From: Veillonella sp. | GTDB lineage: Bacteria; Bacillota; Negativicutes; Veillonellales; Veillonellaceae | Reading direction: 5' to 3' | DNA length: 64,000 nucleotides | Assembly: GCF_018381775.1 (NCBI RefSeq) | Contig: NZ_JAGZRH010000009.1 | Coordinates: 22,518-86,517 of the forward strand | Shown: positions 40,058-50,655 of the stretch, piece after piece | Layout of the letters: each line of letters begins with the position of its first letter | How positions within the stretch are numbered: the first letter of the stretch is position 1 | Notes under the pieces: model-generated | The model's database searches: none | Told to the model about the DNA's origin: nothing | What the model saw: only the letters and a program-made list of their open reading frames with translations | Position numbers and translations under genes: made by a program

Positions 40058-40930
40058 ATGCAGATAGGGAAAAATTCAAAAAAATGGCTTGAGAGAATAG
40101 GTCTTTCTTGTTTAATAGTAGTAAGTATTATTTTGGGTGTTTGGCTTTTCTTTGCTACAAATTTTATACACCCATTTATCCACTATTTGGATCTAAGGGG
40201 AAGTATAATATATTACAAAGAGCCAACTAATATAATTGCTTCTAATGTTCTTGGTTTTGATGAAGTACGAGGGAAAATATATTATATAACTACAAATGGT
40301 ATTGGTGTATATAATGAATTAAACAACGATCATGTATTTATATTACATAAAGAGCCACCTAATGAAATCAGAATAGATGACATTACTAATGTATATCCGG
40401 AATTTAGTCGTTTCTCTGATGCGGAACAGGAGGTTTGGAAAAGTAAATTTTATGCTGACTTTAGGGAAAGAATTCCTATAGAGGAAGGCAATATAATTAG
40501 ATTTCCATTCTTTTTCTCTTACGAAACCCGTGGGATTTATAATTTAGCTACAGGTTCTAAATTATCGAAAATTGATACGTATAAAATTTCTAATAATATA
40601 TTCTATAATGTTGATTTTGGAAGCATTACTAAGATAGATTTAGAAACTGGTATAGTATGGAAGTACTATTCTAATAACTTATTAGATTATAATTTTATTA
40701 ATGAAACGGTTTTTAGTAAATCAAAAGAGTTTAGTATTAATGAATTAATCAAAGAACGAAATCATGATAAACAATTAAAAGATAAAATTATAATTATAGA
40801 TCATTATAGTCAATTTAGTCAGGATGATAAGAACGTTATAGAAGAATTGTTTATTAAGTTAGTTACTGCACGAAAGAGTATGAGTTTAAAGCCAGAACAT
40901 AAAATGGGGTTAGAAAACTATTTGGAATGA
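40058..40930 (+). CDS. hypothetical protein with an N-terminal signal-anchor (290 aa)
   Basis: Hydrophobic segment LSCLIVVSIILGVWLFFA. Tyr/Asn/Ile-rich with very low GC. Confidence 0.5.
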   Translation: MQIGKNSKKWLERIGLSCLIVVSIILGVWLFFATNFIHPFIHYLDLRGSIIYYKEPTNIIASNVLGFDEVRGKIYYITTNGIGVYNELNNDHVFILHKEPPNEIRIDDITNVYPEFSRFSDAEQEVWKSKFYADFRERIPIEEGNIIRFPFFFSYETRGIYNLATGSKLSKIDTYKISNNIFYNVDFGSITKIDLETGIVWKYYSNNLLDYNFINETVFSKSKEFSINELIKERNHDKQLKDKIIIIDHYSQFSQDDKNVIEELFIKLVTARKSMSLKPEHKMGLENYLE

Positions 40931-40954
40931 ATGAAAGTAGAGGTTGATTAGCAG

Positions 40955-41443
40955 ATGTGGAAAAAACGATTACTAATAATTAGCCTATTAGGAAATATTT
41001 TTTCTCTGTTTTTAATTGGAATCTATTTTCTAGTGAATTCCTGGTTTTTTCATGCTGAATTAGGTAGTGTGGTCGGTATAAAGCCTGATTATTTAGTTCA
41101 GTTAAATAATGAAGGTGTTTTGTATGATTATAGACAAATGATTAGAATAGCATCTGGTATAAAGTCATATAAACTGATAAACTCCTTAGAATCAGATAAT
41201 TATCATATATACAAATCAATTAATAATCATCAAATTTTTATTGGTCAAGTAGACCCTGTTCAACAAAAATATATTATTTATGATGGATATTTAGATCACT
41301 ATATATTTGTAAATCTTAAATTTAATATAGATGAAAAACAATATGATGATTTTATTGGAAGAATAAAGGTAATAGATGGTTATGAGAATGTACCTATAAG
41401 ATATCGGCGTTTAATTGAAAGTGACAACTGGGAATATCTTTAA
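40955..41443 (+). CDS. hypothetical protein with an N-terminal TM anchor (162 aa)
   Basis: TM LLIISLLGNIFSLFLIGIYFLV; no known motif. Confidence 0.5.
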   Translation: MWKKRLLIISLLGNIFSLFLIGIYFLVNSWFFHAELGSVVGIKPDYLVQLNNEGVLYDYRQMIRIASGIKSYKLINSLESDNYHIYKSINNHQIFIGQVDPVQQKYIIYDGYLDHYIFVNLKFNIDEKQYDDFIGRIKVIDGYENVPIRYRRLIESDNWEYL

Positions 41444-41502
41444 TTCTTTAGCTGCTCTACTCAATAGAACTAGTATATAGGCTGTATAAAGGACTTTGAG
41501 GG

Positions 41503-41649
41503 ATGAAAGTTAAAACAATTTATTCTGTTGGTTGGTATATATTTATAGGCTGTTTTAGCGTATGGCTAATTTGTGGACTAAGCTATAAGTTTTTATTTAA
41601 TGATGCTGTTGAGCAGTCTAGAATGGAATTGACGCAAGCCTTAAATTGA
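41503..41649 (+). CDS. possible small membrane protein (48 aa; not in the ORF track)
   Basis: GAGGGA RBS 4 nt upstream. Hydrophobic core YSVGWYIFIGCFSVWLICGL. Fills a 250-bp gap in the island. Confidence 0.25.
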   Translation: MKVKTIYSVGWYIFIGCFSVWLICGLSYKFLFNDAVEQSRMELTQALN

Positions 41650-41694
41650 TGGGCTTAAGAATTTAGACATTCCATTACGATAAAGGTAGAAATT

Positions 41695-42435
41695 ATGAAT
41701 ATAACTATTAGTGAAAGACGAAATATTGAGTTTTATTTTTTATTAATTGCCCTAGGTACATTAGAGGCTTATAGATATAATTGTATTGATTTAGATACAT
41801 TAGAATCATTAATCTATCGAATGAAGATGTTGAGTATTATTGATAAGAATAATTTATCTTCGGAATTAGAAGAAATTGTTTTACGTGGTATGGGACTAGA
41901 AGATGTTGAAGCATGGGTTAAAGGTGTTTTTCCAAGTATGGTGTTAGTTGATACGATAGATACCATTGATATAGACTGTAAGACTTTGTTGATGGATCCT
42001 AAATATTATTCTTGTTTTACTGATTTTAAATTGTTTGAATCTATAGCTGATGCTGACTTGAATTTAGAAATTGATTATGTTTCATTAGTAAACTTTGAGT
42101 TTAATATGATGATATTTCTGTTAGGATTTACATTATTACTAAGAGAAATTGATGATGAGCTTATTCAGGTACTATTATCTTTTAAGGATAATGTTTTAAG
42201 TAAAATTAAAAATCTAGGCTATAAATATTCTGAGTCATTTAAAGATGCTATTGAACTTTTTGATTTAATTGATTTCCATGAGAATAGATTTAATCCTAAA
42301 CGTCAACAGTTACTTTTGAAGAAAATTAGTATTAAACTAAGAGTGTATTTTGTCTCTGCTACTAAGGAGAAGATTGAGGCTGGTATCGATTTCTATAAAT
42401 CAGATGGTTTACTATATTATGTAGAAGCAAAATAA
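41695..42435 (+). CDS. hypothetical protein (246 aa, predicted all-alpha, acidic)
   Basis: AAAGGTAG RBS and no TM anchor. Immunity-protein-like composition (inference only). Confidence 0.45.
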   Translation: MNITISERRNIEFYFLLIALGTLEAYRYNCIDLDTLESLIYRMKMLSIIDKNNLSSELEEIVLRGMGLEDVEAWVKGVFPSMVLVDTIDTIDIDCKTLLMDPKYYSCFTDFKLFESIADADLNLEIDYVSLVNFEFNMMIFLLGFTLLLREIDDELIQVLLSFKDNVLSKIKNLGYKYSESFKDAIELFDLIDFHENRFNPKRQQLLLKKISIKLRVYFVSATKEKIEAGIDFYKSDGLLYYVEAK

Positions 42436-42726
42436 AATATCTTTATTTAAATTAGTAAATTAACTAAATTAAATCCAAGTATCCTAATAAGCTATATTAT
42501 GTATTTTATTACATAATATGGCTTATTTTATGTAGAGCTTATTTTAGAGAAGCTATAATATAAAAATAAAACTACTATATTGTGCAAACGCATATTTAAA
42601 GGTATGAAGTGCTAGAATTTTTTATTATATAATACTAAAAATTAGTGTTGCTTAAAATCTAAGTAGTTCTATTAAAATTACTAGAATTTTACGATTTTAT
42701 GAGTGTTTTATGATAAAATAAAAGGT

Positions 42727-43470
42727 ATGAATACTTCAACAACTAGGTCTATTACCTATAATGGCGACAGAATTGAATATGAGTTAACCATCAAGCGTGT
42801 GAAAAACATGAACATGCGCATTACAAAGGATGGTGTGATCCATGTGTCGGCGAATGCCTATGTGCCGGATTATAGGGTGGACAAGTTTGTTATCGAGAAT
42901 ATGCCCTTCATTGAGCGGGCTCGTTACAAGATTGATGCATTGAATGCCAAGCGCGTCGATGCGTTGCAGTATGTGAATGGTGAAAGCTTATCAATTCTCG
43001 GCATTCCCGTTACATTGCGCCTAGTTGAGCAGGATGGCAAGCCTCACATTGGCTTTGACGGAAAAGCAATCCTTACTATGGTAGTGCCTCGTGGTACGAC
43101 CTTTGATGCTAAGCATAAATTAATGCAAAGCTATTGGCGTAATTTAGGGGAGAAGGTCTTTGTTCATTGGGCAAAGGTCGTGTATCAACGCTACCACAAG
43201 CAAGGTATTGATGTGCCTATGCCAACCATAAAACAGCAGCGTATGAAGAGTCGTTGGGGTTCTTGTACGCCAGCCAAGCAGCTCATCAAGATGAACACCC
43301 GTTTATTAGAGGGGCCACAGGCGTATATTGAGTACGTTATGGTCCATGAGTTTGCTCATTTTAAATATTTAGACCATTCCAAGAACTTTCACAATCTAGT
43401 GGCACAGTTTTTGCCAGATTGGAAGGCTCGTAAGAAGTCATTGAACGTGTATTTTGCTCATCGCACTTAA
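42727..43470 (+). CDS. YgjP/DUF45-family metal-dependent hydrolase (M48/SprT-like HExxH)
   Basis: C-terminal motif VMVHEFAHFKYLDHSKNFHNLVAQFLPDWKARKK. The ATG at 42727 is preceded by AAAAGG; the track's start at 42703 is an alternative. Confidence 0.75.
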   Translation: MNTSTTRSITYNGDRIEYELTIKRVKNMNMRITKDGVIHVSANAYVPDYRVDKFVIENMPFIERARYKIDALNAKRVDALQYVNGESLSILGIPVTLRLVEQDGKPHIGFDGKAILTMVVPRGTTFDAKHKLMQSYWRNLGEKVFVHWAKVVYQRYHKQGIDVPMPTIKQQRMKSRWGSCTPAKQLIKMNTRLLEGPQAYIEYVMVHEFAHFKYLDHSKNFHNLVAQFLPDWKARKKSLNVYFAHRT

Positions 43471-43482
43471 AGGAGGTGTACC

Positions 43483-46400
43483 ATGCAGCCATTTGTGCAT
43501 TTACATAGTCATACAGAGTTTAGTTTGCTTGACGGCATCAGTCGCTTGCCTGACATGGTACGTCGTGCGAAGGAGTTAAATCAGCCAGCCCTTGCCATTA
43601 CGGATCATGGCAATATGTACGCAGCCATTTATTTTTATAAGGAATGTGTAGCACAAGGTATTAAACCGATTATTGGGTGTGAAGTATATGTAACGGAACA
43701 TAGTCGCCTTGATAAACCGGAAGGTCGTAGCCGTGAAAGACTAAAACACCTTATCTTGTTGGCGGAGACCATGGAAGGGTATCGTAACCTTGTAAAAATC
43801 GTGTCTAAAGCGTCTACGGAAGGCATGTTATATCGTCCTCGTGCAGACCGCGATTTATTGCGCCAATACAGCAAGGGGATTATTGCCCTCAGTGCGTGTA
43901 TTCAAGGGGAAATTCCACAGTATATCTTGCAAGATAATATGGACGCCGCGAAGCGTTCCATCGAATGGTATATTGAGACCTACGGGAAAGATAATTTCTT
44001 CTTAGAAATCCAAAATCATGGACTACCAGAGGAGGCAAAGGCTCAAGAGGAGCTCATTAAGCTCAGTAAGGAATACGGTCTTGGCATCGTAGCGTCTAAT
44101 GACTTTCACTATGTTTTAAAGGAGGATGCAGACGCACAAGATATAAAGGTATGTATTTCTACAGGCCGTCGCCGTGCTGAGGTAGACCGCTTAAAATTCC
44201 CGAATGATGAGTTTTATCTAAAATCTGGGGATGAGATGGCGGAGCTATTTGGACATATTCCAGGGGCCATGGAAAATACATTAAAAATTGCAGACCGCTG
44301 TAACGTAGAATTCAATTTTGACGAACATCACTTGCCACACTTTGATGTACCAGAAGGGGAAACGTCTAAGACCTATTTACGTAAGGTTTGTGAGCGAGAA
44401 ATTCCGCGTCTTTATGGTGAAACCTCTGAAGAGTTACAAAAACGTTTAGACTACGAGTTAGATGTAATTGGTACCATGGGTTTTGAGGATTACTTCCTCA
44501 TCGTATGGGACTATGTACGCTATGCCCGTGAGCATGACATTTTAGTAGGTCCTGGTCGTGGTTCGGCGGCCGGTTCTGTAGTTGCCTATCTACTTGGTAT
44601 TACAGGCCTTGATCCATTAAAATACGATTTGCTCTTTGAACGGTTCTTAAATCCAGAGCGGGTAAGCATGCCCGATATCGATATTGACTTCTGCTATGAA
44701 AAGCGTGGTCAAGCTATCGAATATGTAACGCGAAAATACGGACAGGAGCGAGTATCTCAGATTATTACCTTTGGTACTGAGGCGGCTCGTGCGGTAATTC
44801 GTGACGTAGGTCGTGTGCTGGACTTACCACTGGCGGAAGTAAACCGCATTGCTAAGATGATTCCCAACGAACTAGGGATTACCTTAGATAAGGCTCTACA
44901 AGGTAAAGAGTTAAAGGCTTTATACGAAGCCGATCCAAATGTTAAAGAGTTATTTGATTTTGGTAAAAAGCTAGAAGGCATAGCGCGAAATTCGTCCACT
45001 CATGCAGCGGGCGTCGTAATTTCTGCGGACCCTCTCGATGATCACGTACCAGTACAAAATGCCAATGATGAAGGCTTTGTAACGCAGTACGACAAGGATA
45101 ATATCGAGGAATTAGGTCTTTTAAAGATGGACTTCTTGGGTCTCCGTACTTTGACGGTTATGGGGGATGCTTTAAAGCTCATCAAGGCGAACCGTGGTAT
45201 TGATCTCGATTTAGATGCAATACCGCTCGATGATAAAGCGGCTTGTGATATCCTCACAAAAGGTGATACGTCTGGTGTATTCCAGCTCGAATCAGAAGGT
45301 ATCACCAAGCTTGTTATGGACCTTAAGCCTGAACATTTTGAAGACTTAATTCCATTGGTAGCCTTGTACCGTCCAGGCCCATTGGGCTCTGGCATGGTAG
45401 CGGACTTTATCGACCGCCGTCATGGGAAAAAAGAGGTTACCTATTTACATCCTATTTTGGAGCCGATTTTGAAAGATACCTTTGGTGTAATCTTGTATCA
45501 AGAGCAGGTTATGCAGATTGCATCTGCTATGGGCGGGTTCTCCCTTGGTCAAGCGGACTTGATGCGCCGCGCCATGGGTAAGAAAAAGGAATCTGTTCTA
45601 AAAGCGCAGCGCGAGTCCTTTATTCAAGGTTCCATAAATAATGGTATAGAAGAGTCCATTGCAAACGAAGTATTCGACTTGCTCGTATACTTTGCTGGCT
45701 ATGGCTTTAATAAATCACATAGTGCGGCCTATGCGTATATCGCGTACCAAACAGCATACTTGAAAGCCCACTATTTCCCTGAATTCATGGCGGCTACCAT
45801 GACTAGTTTCATGCAGAATATGCAAAAATTGACGTACTATATCAATGCCTGCAAGAAGCATAATGTTAAGGTATTGGGGCCAGATATTAACTATTCTGAA
45901 CGTAGCTTTGCCGTACAAGGTGATGCTATTCGCTTCGGCCTTGGCGGTATCAAGAACGTAGGGGATAATGCCATTGATCGCTTGATTCGTGAGCGCAATG
46001 AGCACGGCCTTTATACAGATATCGTAGATTTCTGTAAACGAGTGGACAACAAGGTTGTTAATAAACGACTTCTTGAAAGTCTCATTCGATGCGGTGCCAT
46101 GGATGGTTTCAAGGAAAACCGTAATCAATTATTGCACATGTATGAAAGTGCTCAAGCCGTTGGTGCTAAAGAGCAAAAGGATGCCGCTATGGGCACCATG
46201 AGTCTCTTTGGAGATATAGAAAAATCCGTAGATTTCATTCCTGTACCGAATGTGGAGGATTTATCGGAAGACGATAAACTAAAGGATGAAAAGGAATATA
46301 CAGGCTTTTACATTACAGGCCATCCATTGCAAGGCTATGCGAAGGAGCTAGAGGGCCTATTTGAACTGGGCGCTCTCGTAGAAAATCCAGAGCAATATGA

Positions 46401-46890
46401 CGGTCAAACCATTACCTTTGGCGGTTTGATTGAAAATAAGACGGACCGCATGACGAGACGGAATGAGGTTATGTCCATTCTTCGTATCGAAGATTATTCT
46501 GGTGCGGCTAATGTCGTAGCATTCCCTAAGGTCTTTAGTCAAAGTCAACAATTCCTTGCGGTCGATATGATCGTTAAGGTAAAAGGCCGCGTTGATGCGG
46601 ATGAAAAGGGTGTGCAAATTATTGCAGACCGCATTATGCCGTTAAAGGTAAACTATAGTCAGGCAAAACATGTGGCCATCCACATTTATAGTCAATATGA
46701 CACGCCAGAAAATAGTGAAGCCTTAAAACGGCTGTTAACGAACACCGCAGGCTCTGTGCCAACATCGCTATATTTGCACCGTCAACGGAAGCGCATTAAC
46801 TTGCCACCGAACATGTGCTTTAATCCTAGTGATGAATCCATCAAGGCTATTGAAGCTATCTTAGGGGATGGCTCTGTAGAGGTGCAATAA
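43483..46890 (+). CDS. dnaE: DNA polymerase III alpha subunit
   Basis: PHP domain N-terminus HLHSHTEFSLLDG, the pol-III alpha core and an OB fold; 1135 aa. AGGAGG RBS. Confidence 0.95.
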   Translation: MQPFVHLHSHTEFSLLDGISRLPDMVRRAKELNQPALAITDHGNMYAAIYFYKECVAQGIKPIIGCEVYVTEHSRLDKPEGRSRERLKHLILLAETMEGYRNLVKIVSKASTEGMLYRPRADRDLLRQYSKGIIALSACIQGEIPQYILQDNMDAAKRSIEWYIETYGKDNFFLEIQNHGLPEEAKAQEELIKLSKEYGLGIVASNDFHYVLKEDADAQDIKVCISTGRRRAEVDRLKFPNDEFYLKSGDEMAELFGHIPGAMENTLKIADRCNVEFNFDEHHLPHFDVPEGETSKTYLRKVCEREIPRLYGETSEELQKRLDYELDVIGTMGFEDYFLIVWDYVRYAREHDILVGPGRGSAAGSVVAYLLGITGLDPLKYDLLFERFLNPERVSMPDIDIDFCYEKRGQAIEYVTRKYGQERVSQIITFGTEAARAVIRDVGRVLDLPLAEVNRIAKMIPNELGITLDKALQGKELKALYEADPNVKELFDFGKKLEGIARNSSTHAAGVVISADPLDDHVPVQNANDEGFVTQYDKDNIEELGLLKMDFLGLRTLTVMGDALKLIKANRGIDLDLDAIPLDDKAACDILTKGDTSGVFQLESEGITKLVMDLKPEHFEDLIPLVALYRPGPLGSGMVADFIDRRHGKKEVTYLHPILEPILKDTFGVILYQEQVMQIASAMGGFSLGQADLMRRAMGKKKESVLKAQRESFIQGSINNGIEESIANEVFDLLVYFAGYGFNKSHSAAYAYIAYQTAYLKAHYFPEFMAATMTSFMQNMQKLTYYINACKKHNVKVLGPDINYSERSFAVQGDAIRFGLGGIKNVGDNAIDRLIRERNEHGLYTDIVDFCKRVDNKVVNKRLLESLIRCGAMDGFKENRNQLLHMYESAQAVGAKEQKDAAMGTMSLFGDIEKSVDFIPVPNVEDLSEDDKLKDEKEYTGFYITGHPLQGYAKELEGLFELGALVENPEQYDGQTITFGGLIENKTDRMTRRNEVMSILRIEDYSGAANVVAFPKVFSQSQQFLAVDMIVKVKGRVDADEKGVQIIADRIMPLKVNYSQAKHVAIHIYSQYDTPENSEALKRLLTNTAGSVPTSLYLHRQRKRINLPPNMCFNPSDESIKAIEAILGDGSVEVQ

Positions 46891-46989
46891 TATATGCATA
46901 AGAACCGCAATAGGGGTTAAGGTAATAATAAATATATTCACTACTTAATCACTCATGTTGCGTGAAGCACAGACGGCTTTCACAAACAT

Positions 46990-46998
46990 TGATATAAT
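46990..46998 (+). promoter_or_regulatory. extended -10 promoter element (TGaTATAAT) upstream of pyk
   Basis: TGnTATAAT about 40 nt before the pyk ATG; no good -35. Confidence 0.4.
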
Positions 46999-47038
46999 AC
47001 ATGAACATCCAAATGGGATGGTTTTCATAGGAGGAAAG

Positions 47039-48787
47039 ATGAAACGAACAAAAATCGTATGTACTGTAGGTCCGGGAACGGATAAATTTGGTATCTTAGA
47101 AGATATGATGCGAGCTGGCATGAATGTAGCTCGTTTCAACTTCTCCCACGGATCTCATGAAGAGCAAGCAGAGCGCATGCAAATGGTGCGTGATGCGGCG
47201 ATGATTGTAAATAAACCAATCGCTTTATTGCTCGATACAAAAGGCCCAGAGGTGCGCCTTGGTCTATTCAAAGAGGGCAAAGTATTCCTCGAAGCAGGTC
47301 AACAATTCACGTTGACTACAGATGATGTGGAAGGCACAAAAGAGATTAGCTCTGTTAACCACAAAGGTCTTGTAGGCGATGTATCTGTAGGGGATAAAAT
47401 TTTATTGGCCGATGGCCTTGTAACCCTTACTATCGATTCCATCGAAGGTAATAATATCATTACCACAGTTCAAAATAGCGGTGAAATCGGCAACCGTAAA
47501 CGCGTAGCAGTGCCAGGCGTAGCACTTAGCTTGCCACCTGTATCTGAACAAGACGAAGCGGATTTGCGCTTTGGCTGTCAACAAGGTGTAGACTTTGTAG
47601 CAGCATCCTTCATGCAACGCGGTAAAGATATCGTAGCCATCCGTCGTATTCTTGAATCTGAACAAAAGGACATCAAGATTATTGCGAAAATTGAAAATGC
47701 AGAAGGCGTTAAAAACATCGATGAAATCTTAGAAGTAGCAGATGGTCTCATGGTGGCTCGTGGTGACCTCGGTGTAGAAATTCCTGCAGAAGAGGTGCCA
47801 GTACTTCAAAAGATGATGATCGAAAAATGTAACAACTTGGGTAAACCAGTTATTACGGCTACACAAATGCTTGAATCTATGATTCAAAATCCACGTCCTA
47901 CACGTGCGGAAGCAAGTGACGTAGCTAATGCTATTTTGGACGGCACAGATGCCATCATGTTATCTGGTGAAACGGCAAATGGCGCTTACCCTGTAGAAGC
48001 AGTTACGACTATGACACGTATTGCAGAGGTAACAGAAAAAGCGTCTATTTACGACAGCAAGAGCCGTGCTCGCCAAGATGATGACATGACTACTACAAGT
48101 GCCGTATGTTTAGCGAGTGTGCGCATCGCTCAAAACCTTGGGGCTGCTGCAATTTTGACATGTACTGAATCTGGTCATACTGCACTTAGTGTGGCACGTC
48201 ATCGTCCAGATTGTAAAATTATTGCTGTTACACCTCATGAAGAAACAATTCGTCGTATGCAATTGTGCTGGGGCGTAGAGGCTATCAAAGGCCATGAAAT
48301 CATCAACTCTGATGAAATGGTAAAACAAGCTATTACAGGTGCTCTTGGCACTGGTGCTATCGAGTCTGGTGATCTTGTAGTTGTTACCGCTGGTGTGCCA
48401 TCCGGTGCAACTGGTACTACAAACATGATTCGCGTTCACATCGCGGGCCAAGTGCTCTTGTCTGGTAATGGTATTTTACGTAAATCCGTAACAGGTAATG
48501 TATTCGTTGCGGCTAATCATAAAGGTAATTATGAAAGCTTCAAAGACGGCGACATCCTCGTTGTAGGTACTATGGAACCTGAATTGATGGCTGTTGCAAA
48601 ACGTGCAGGTGGCATTATCGCTGTTGAAGATGGTTATACCTCTGATAGTGCTATTGCGGGCATTACCTATGGTATCCCCGTTATCTTAGGCGCTAAAAAT
48701 GCTCATGAAGTACTTTTAGAAGGTCAAGAAGTAACAATCGACGGTGAACGTGGCAAGGTATTTGCAGGCATTGCAAATGCTCGATAA
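47039..48787 (+). CDS. pyk: pyruvate kinase (with C-terminal PEP-utilisers mobile domain)
   Basis: MKRTKIVCTVGPGTD…NFSHG… core plus a C-terminal phosphohistidine-like domain. GGAGGA RBS; the track's upstream start was rejected. Confidence 0.9.
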   Translation: MKRTKIVCTVGPGTDKFGILEDMMRAGMNVARFNFSHGSHEEQAERMQMVRDAAMIVNKPIALLLDTKGPEVRLGLFKEGKVFLEAGQQFTLTTDDVEGTKEISSVNHKGLVGDVSVGDKILLADGLVTLTIDSIEGNNIITTVQNSGEIGNRKRVAVPGVALSLPPVSEQDEADLRFGCQQGVDFVAASFMQRGKDIVAIRRILESEQKDIKIIAKIENAEGVKNIDEILEVADGLMVARGDLGVEIPAEEVPVLQKMMIEKCNNLGKPVITATQMLESMIQNPRPTRAEASDVANAILDGTDAIMLSGETANGAYPVEAVTTMTRIAEVTEKASIYDSKSRARQDDDMTTTSAVCLASVRIAQNLGAAAILTCTESGHTALSVARHRPDCKIIAVTPHEETIRRMQLCWGVEAIKGHEIINSDEMVKQAITGALGTGAIESGDLVVVTAGVPSGATGTTNMIRVHIAGQVLLSGNGILRKSVTGNVFVAANHKGNYESFKDGDILVVGTMEPELMAVAKRAGGIIAVEDGYTSDSAIAGITYGIPVILGAKNAHEVLLEGQEVTIDGERGKVFAGIANAR

Positions 48788-48822
48788 TCTCTATAAGTCA
48801 TAATTAAATAAGGAGGGATAGT

Positions 48823-49566
48823 ATGAATCCATATAATGTAACAGGACCTACTGCAGCTGAGGTTGCACAGGTTGAAAGTATCGTATCCCAACGATTAAAA
48901 GGCTCTTTCTTGTGGATGGTTGTAGGCTTACTTACGACTATCGGCGTTGGTATAGCGGCATTGGCAAATCCTGATTGGCTACGCTTTGCGTACCAAAACT
49001 TTAATATTATCCTATTAGTTGAGCTTGGCGTAGTATTCCTATTCAGTGCGCGTGCGTATGCGGCTAATGTTATGACCTTGAAAGGAATGTTCTTCCTCTA
49101 TAGTGCATTGAATGGTCTTACGTTGACACTTATATCCTTGCGATATAATGTGTTTGAAGTAGTTATTCCTGCGCTAATCGGTACGCTTGCCTTCTTCATT
49201 GGTTTTGCTATCGTAGGGGCTACGACGAAACGTAATTTGTCATCCCTAACACCATATGTAATGGCTGCCTTACTTGGTATGATCATCGTATCTTTTGTGA
49301 TGATAGGGGCTCGTTATTTTAACTGGGCTGTACTCAGTGGCTTTAGTGACACTGTTAGCTTAGTTCTAGGTTATGTAGGGGTTGTAGTATTCTCCATCTT
49401 TACAGCTATCGATGTGAACCGCATTAAAAACAATGTGACACAAGTAGCGCTCTTGGAGGATGAAACCATTTTAGATCGCATTGAAATCACAGGTGCTTTG
49501 AGCCTATACTTAGATTTCATTAACTTATTCTTATCCTTATTGCGCATCTTTGGTAATAAGCGATAA
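48823..49566 (+). CDS. Bax inhibitor-1/YccA family membrane protein
   Basis: 7 TM and 247 aa; BI-1-like composition. AAGGAGGG RBS. Confidence 0.75.
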   Translation: MNPYNVTGPTAAEVAQVESIVSQRLKGSFLWMVVGLLTTIGVGIAALANPDWLRFAYQNFNIILLVELGVVFLFSARAYAANVMTLKGMFFLYSALNGLTLTLISLRYNVFEVVIPALIGTLAFFIGFAIVGATTKRNLSSLTPYVMAALLGMIIVSFVMIGARYFNWAVLSGFSDTVSLVLGYVGVVVFSIFTAIDVNRIKNNVTQVALLEDETILDRIEITGALSLYLDFINLFLSLLRIFGNKR

Positions 49567-49577
49567 AAGGAGATTGT

Positions 49578-50489
49578 ATGGATAATAGAGAATGGCAAAC
49601 CTTTGTAACCGTTGTCGATGAAGGCAATATTACAAGGGCTGCAGAAAAATTATTTTTATCGCAACCGGCGTTAAGCTATCGGTTGCGCCATATGGAAAAA
49701 GCCTTGGGCCATTCTCTGTTGTTGCGAACTGCTGAAGGGATTGCTCTTACCGCGCAAGGCGAGATTTTCTATGATTACTGTAAAAGAATGATGCAAGATC
49801 ATGAAGCCTTAGAAAATGCTATGAACTCCGCTTCTGGTAAGATTCAAGGGACCTTAAAAATTGCGTCATCCATCAACTTTGCAGACTATGAATTGCCCGC
49901 CTTGTTACGATCTTTCCGGGAGCAATATCCAGATGTGCATATACAAGTAAAGACGGCTTTCAGTCATCAAGTGGTGAAGATGTTCAATGCCGGGGACTGT
50001 ATGGTAGGATTCGCCCGTGGCGGTTATGCAGTATCTGGTAAGTCTGAGCTACTATTAGAGGAACCGTATTGTTTGGTTTATAAAGAATTAGTACCGCCTG
50101 AATCCCTTGAGAAGGTACCGTTTATCAAGTATCAGACTGATGCATCCGTAGCCAATATCATCGAAACATGGTGTGCTGAACATTTTGAAGAACCACCTAG
50201 TGTTGCCATGGATGTAAATTCTATGAGTACGTGCCGCCACTTTGTGCGCGCCGGGCTCGGCTGGTCCATCTTGACCTATATGGGTCTTGGATCTTGTAAG
50301 GATAGAGATATTTATGTAAGTCCATTGCGTAGTAAAGATGGTACGTATATTACCCGTGATACCAACATGGTGTACACAAAGGATGCAGAAAATCTTGTAG
50401 TAGTTAAGACCTTTATCGAGTATGTTCGGGATTACTATAAAAAACATACTGTAGTAGATAATAGTATTTTTAGAGAATATAAAGCATAG
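49578..50489 (+). CDS. LysR family transcriptional regulator
   Basis: HTH …ITRAAEKLFLSQPALSYRLRHMEKALG… and a substrate-binding domain. It lies upstream of the citrate locus, so it may be the locus regulator (inference). Confidence 0.85.
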   Translation: MDNREWQTFVTVVDEGNITRAAEKLFLSQPALSYRLRHMEKALGHSLLLRTAEGIALTAQGEIFYDYCKRMMQDHEALENAMNSASGKIQGTLKIASSINFADYELPALLRSFREQYPDVHIQVKTAFSHQVVKMFNAGDCMVGFARGGYAVSGKSELLLEEPYCLVYKELVPPESLEKVPFIKYQTDASVANIIETWCAEHFEEPPSVAMDVNSMSTCRHFVRAGLGWSILTYMGLGSCKDRDIYVSPLRSKDGTYITRDTNMVYTKDAENLVVVKTFIEYVRDYYKKHTVVDNSIFREYKA

Positions 50490-50612
50490 ATTTATAAATA
50501 GAACCTATATAAAAATTTGAAACTGCCTATTCATGCTATTTCAGTATTAGACTTTTTCGATATAATAAGTCATAATAAAGGTGTCTCGAAAGAGCCAGGC
50601 AGGACCATGTAA

Positions 50613-50655
50613 GTGCATGTATACCCCCTTTGGGGACGTATACATGCATTTTTTT
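50613..50655 (+). terminator. strong rho-independent terminator (GCATGTATACCCCC-ttt-GGGGacGTATACATGC plus T7)
   Basis: 14-bp interrupted stem and a 7-T run. Confidence 0.85.
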
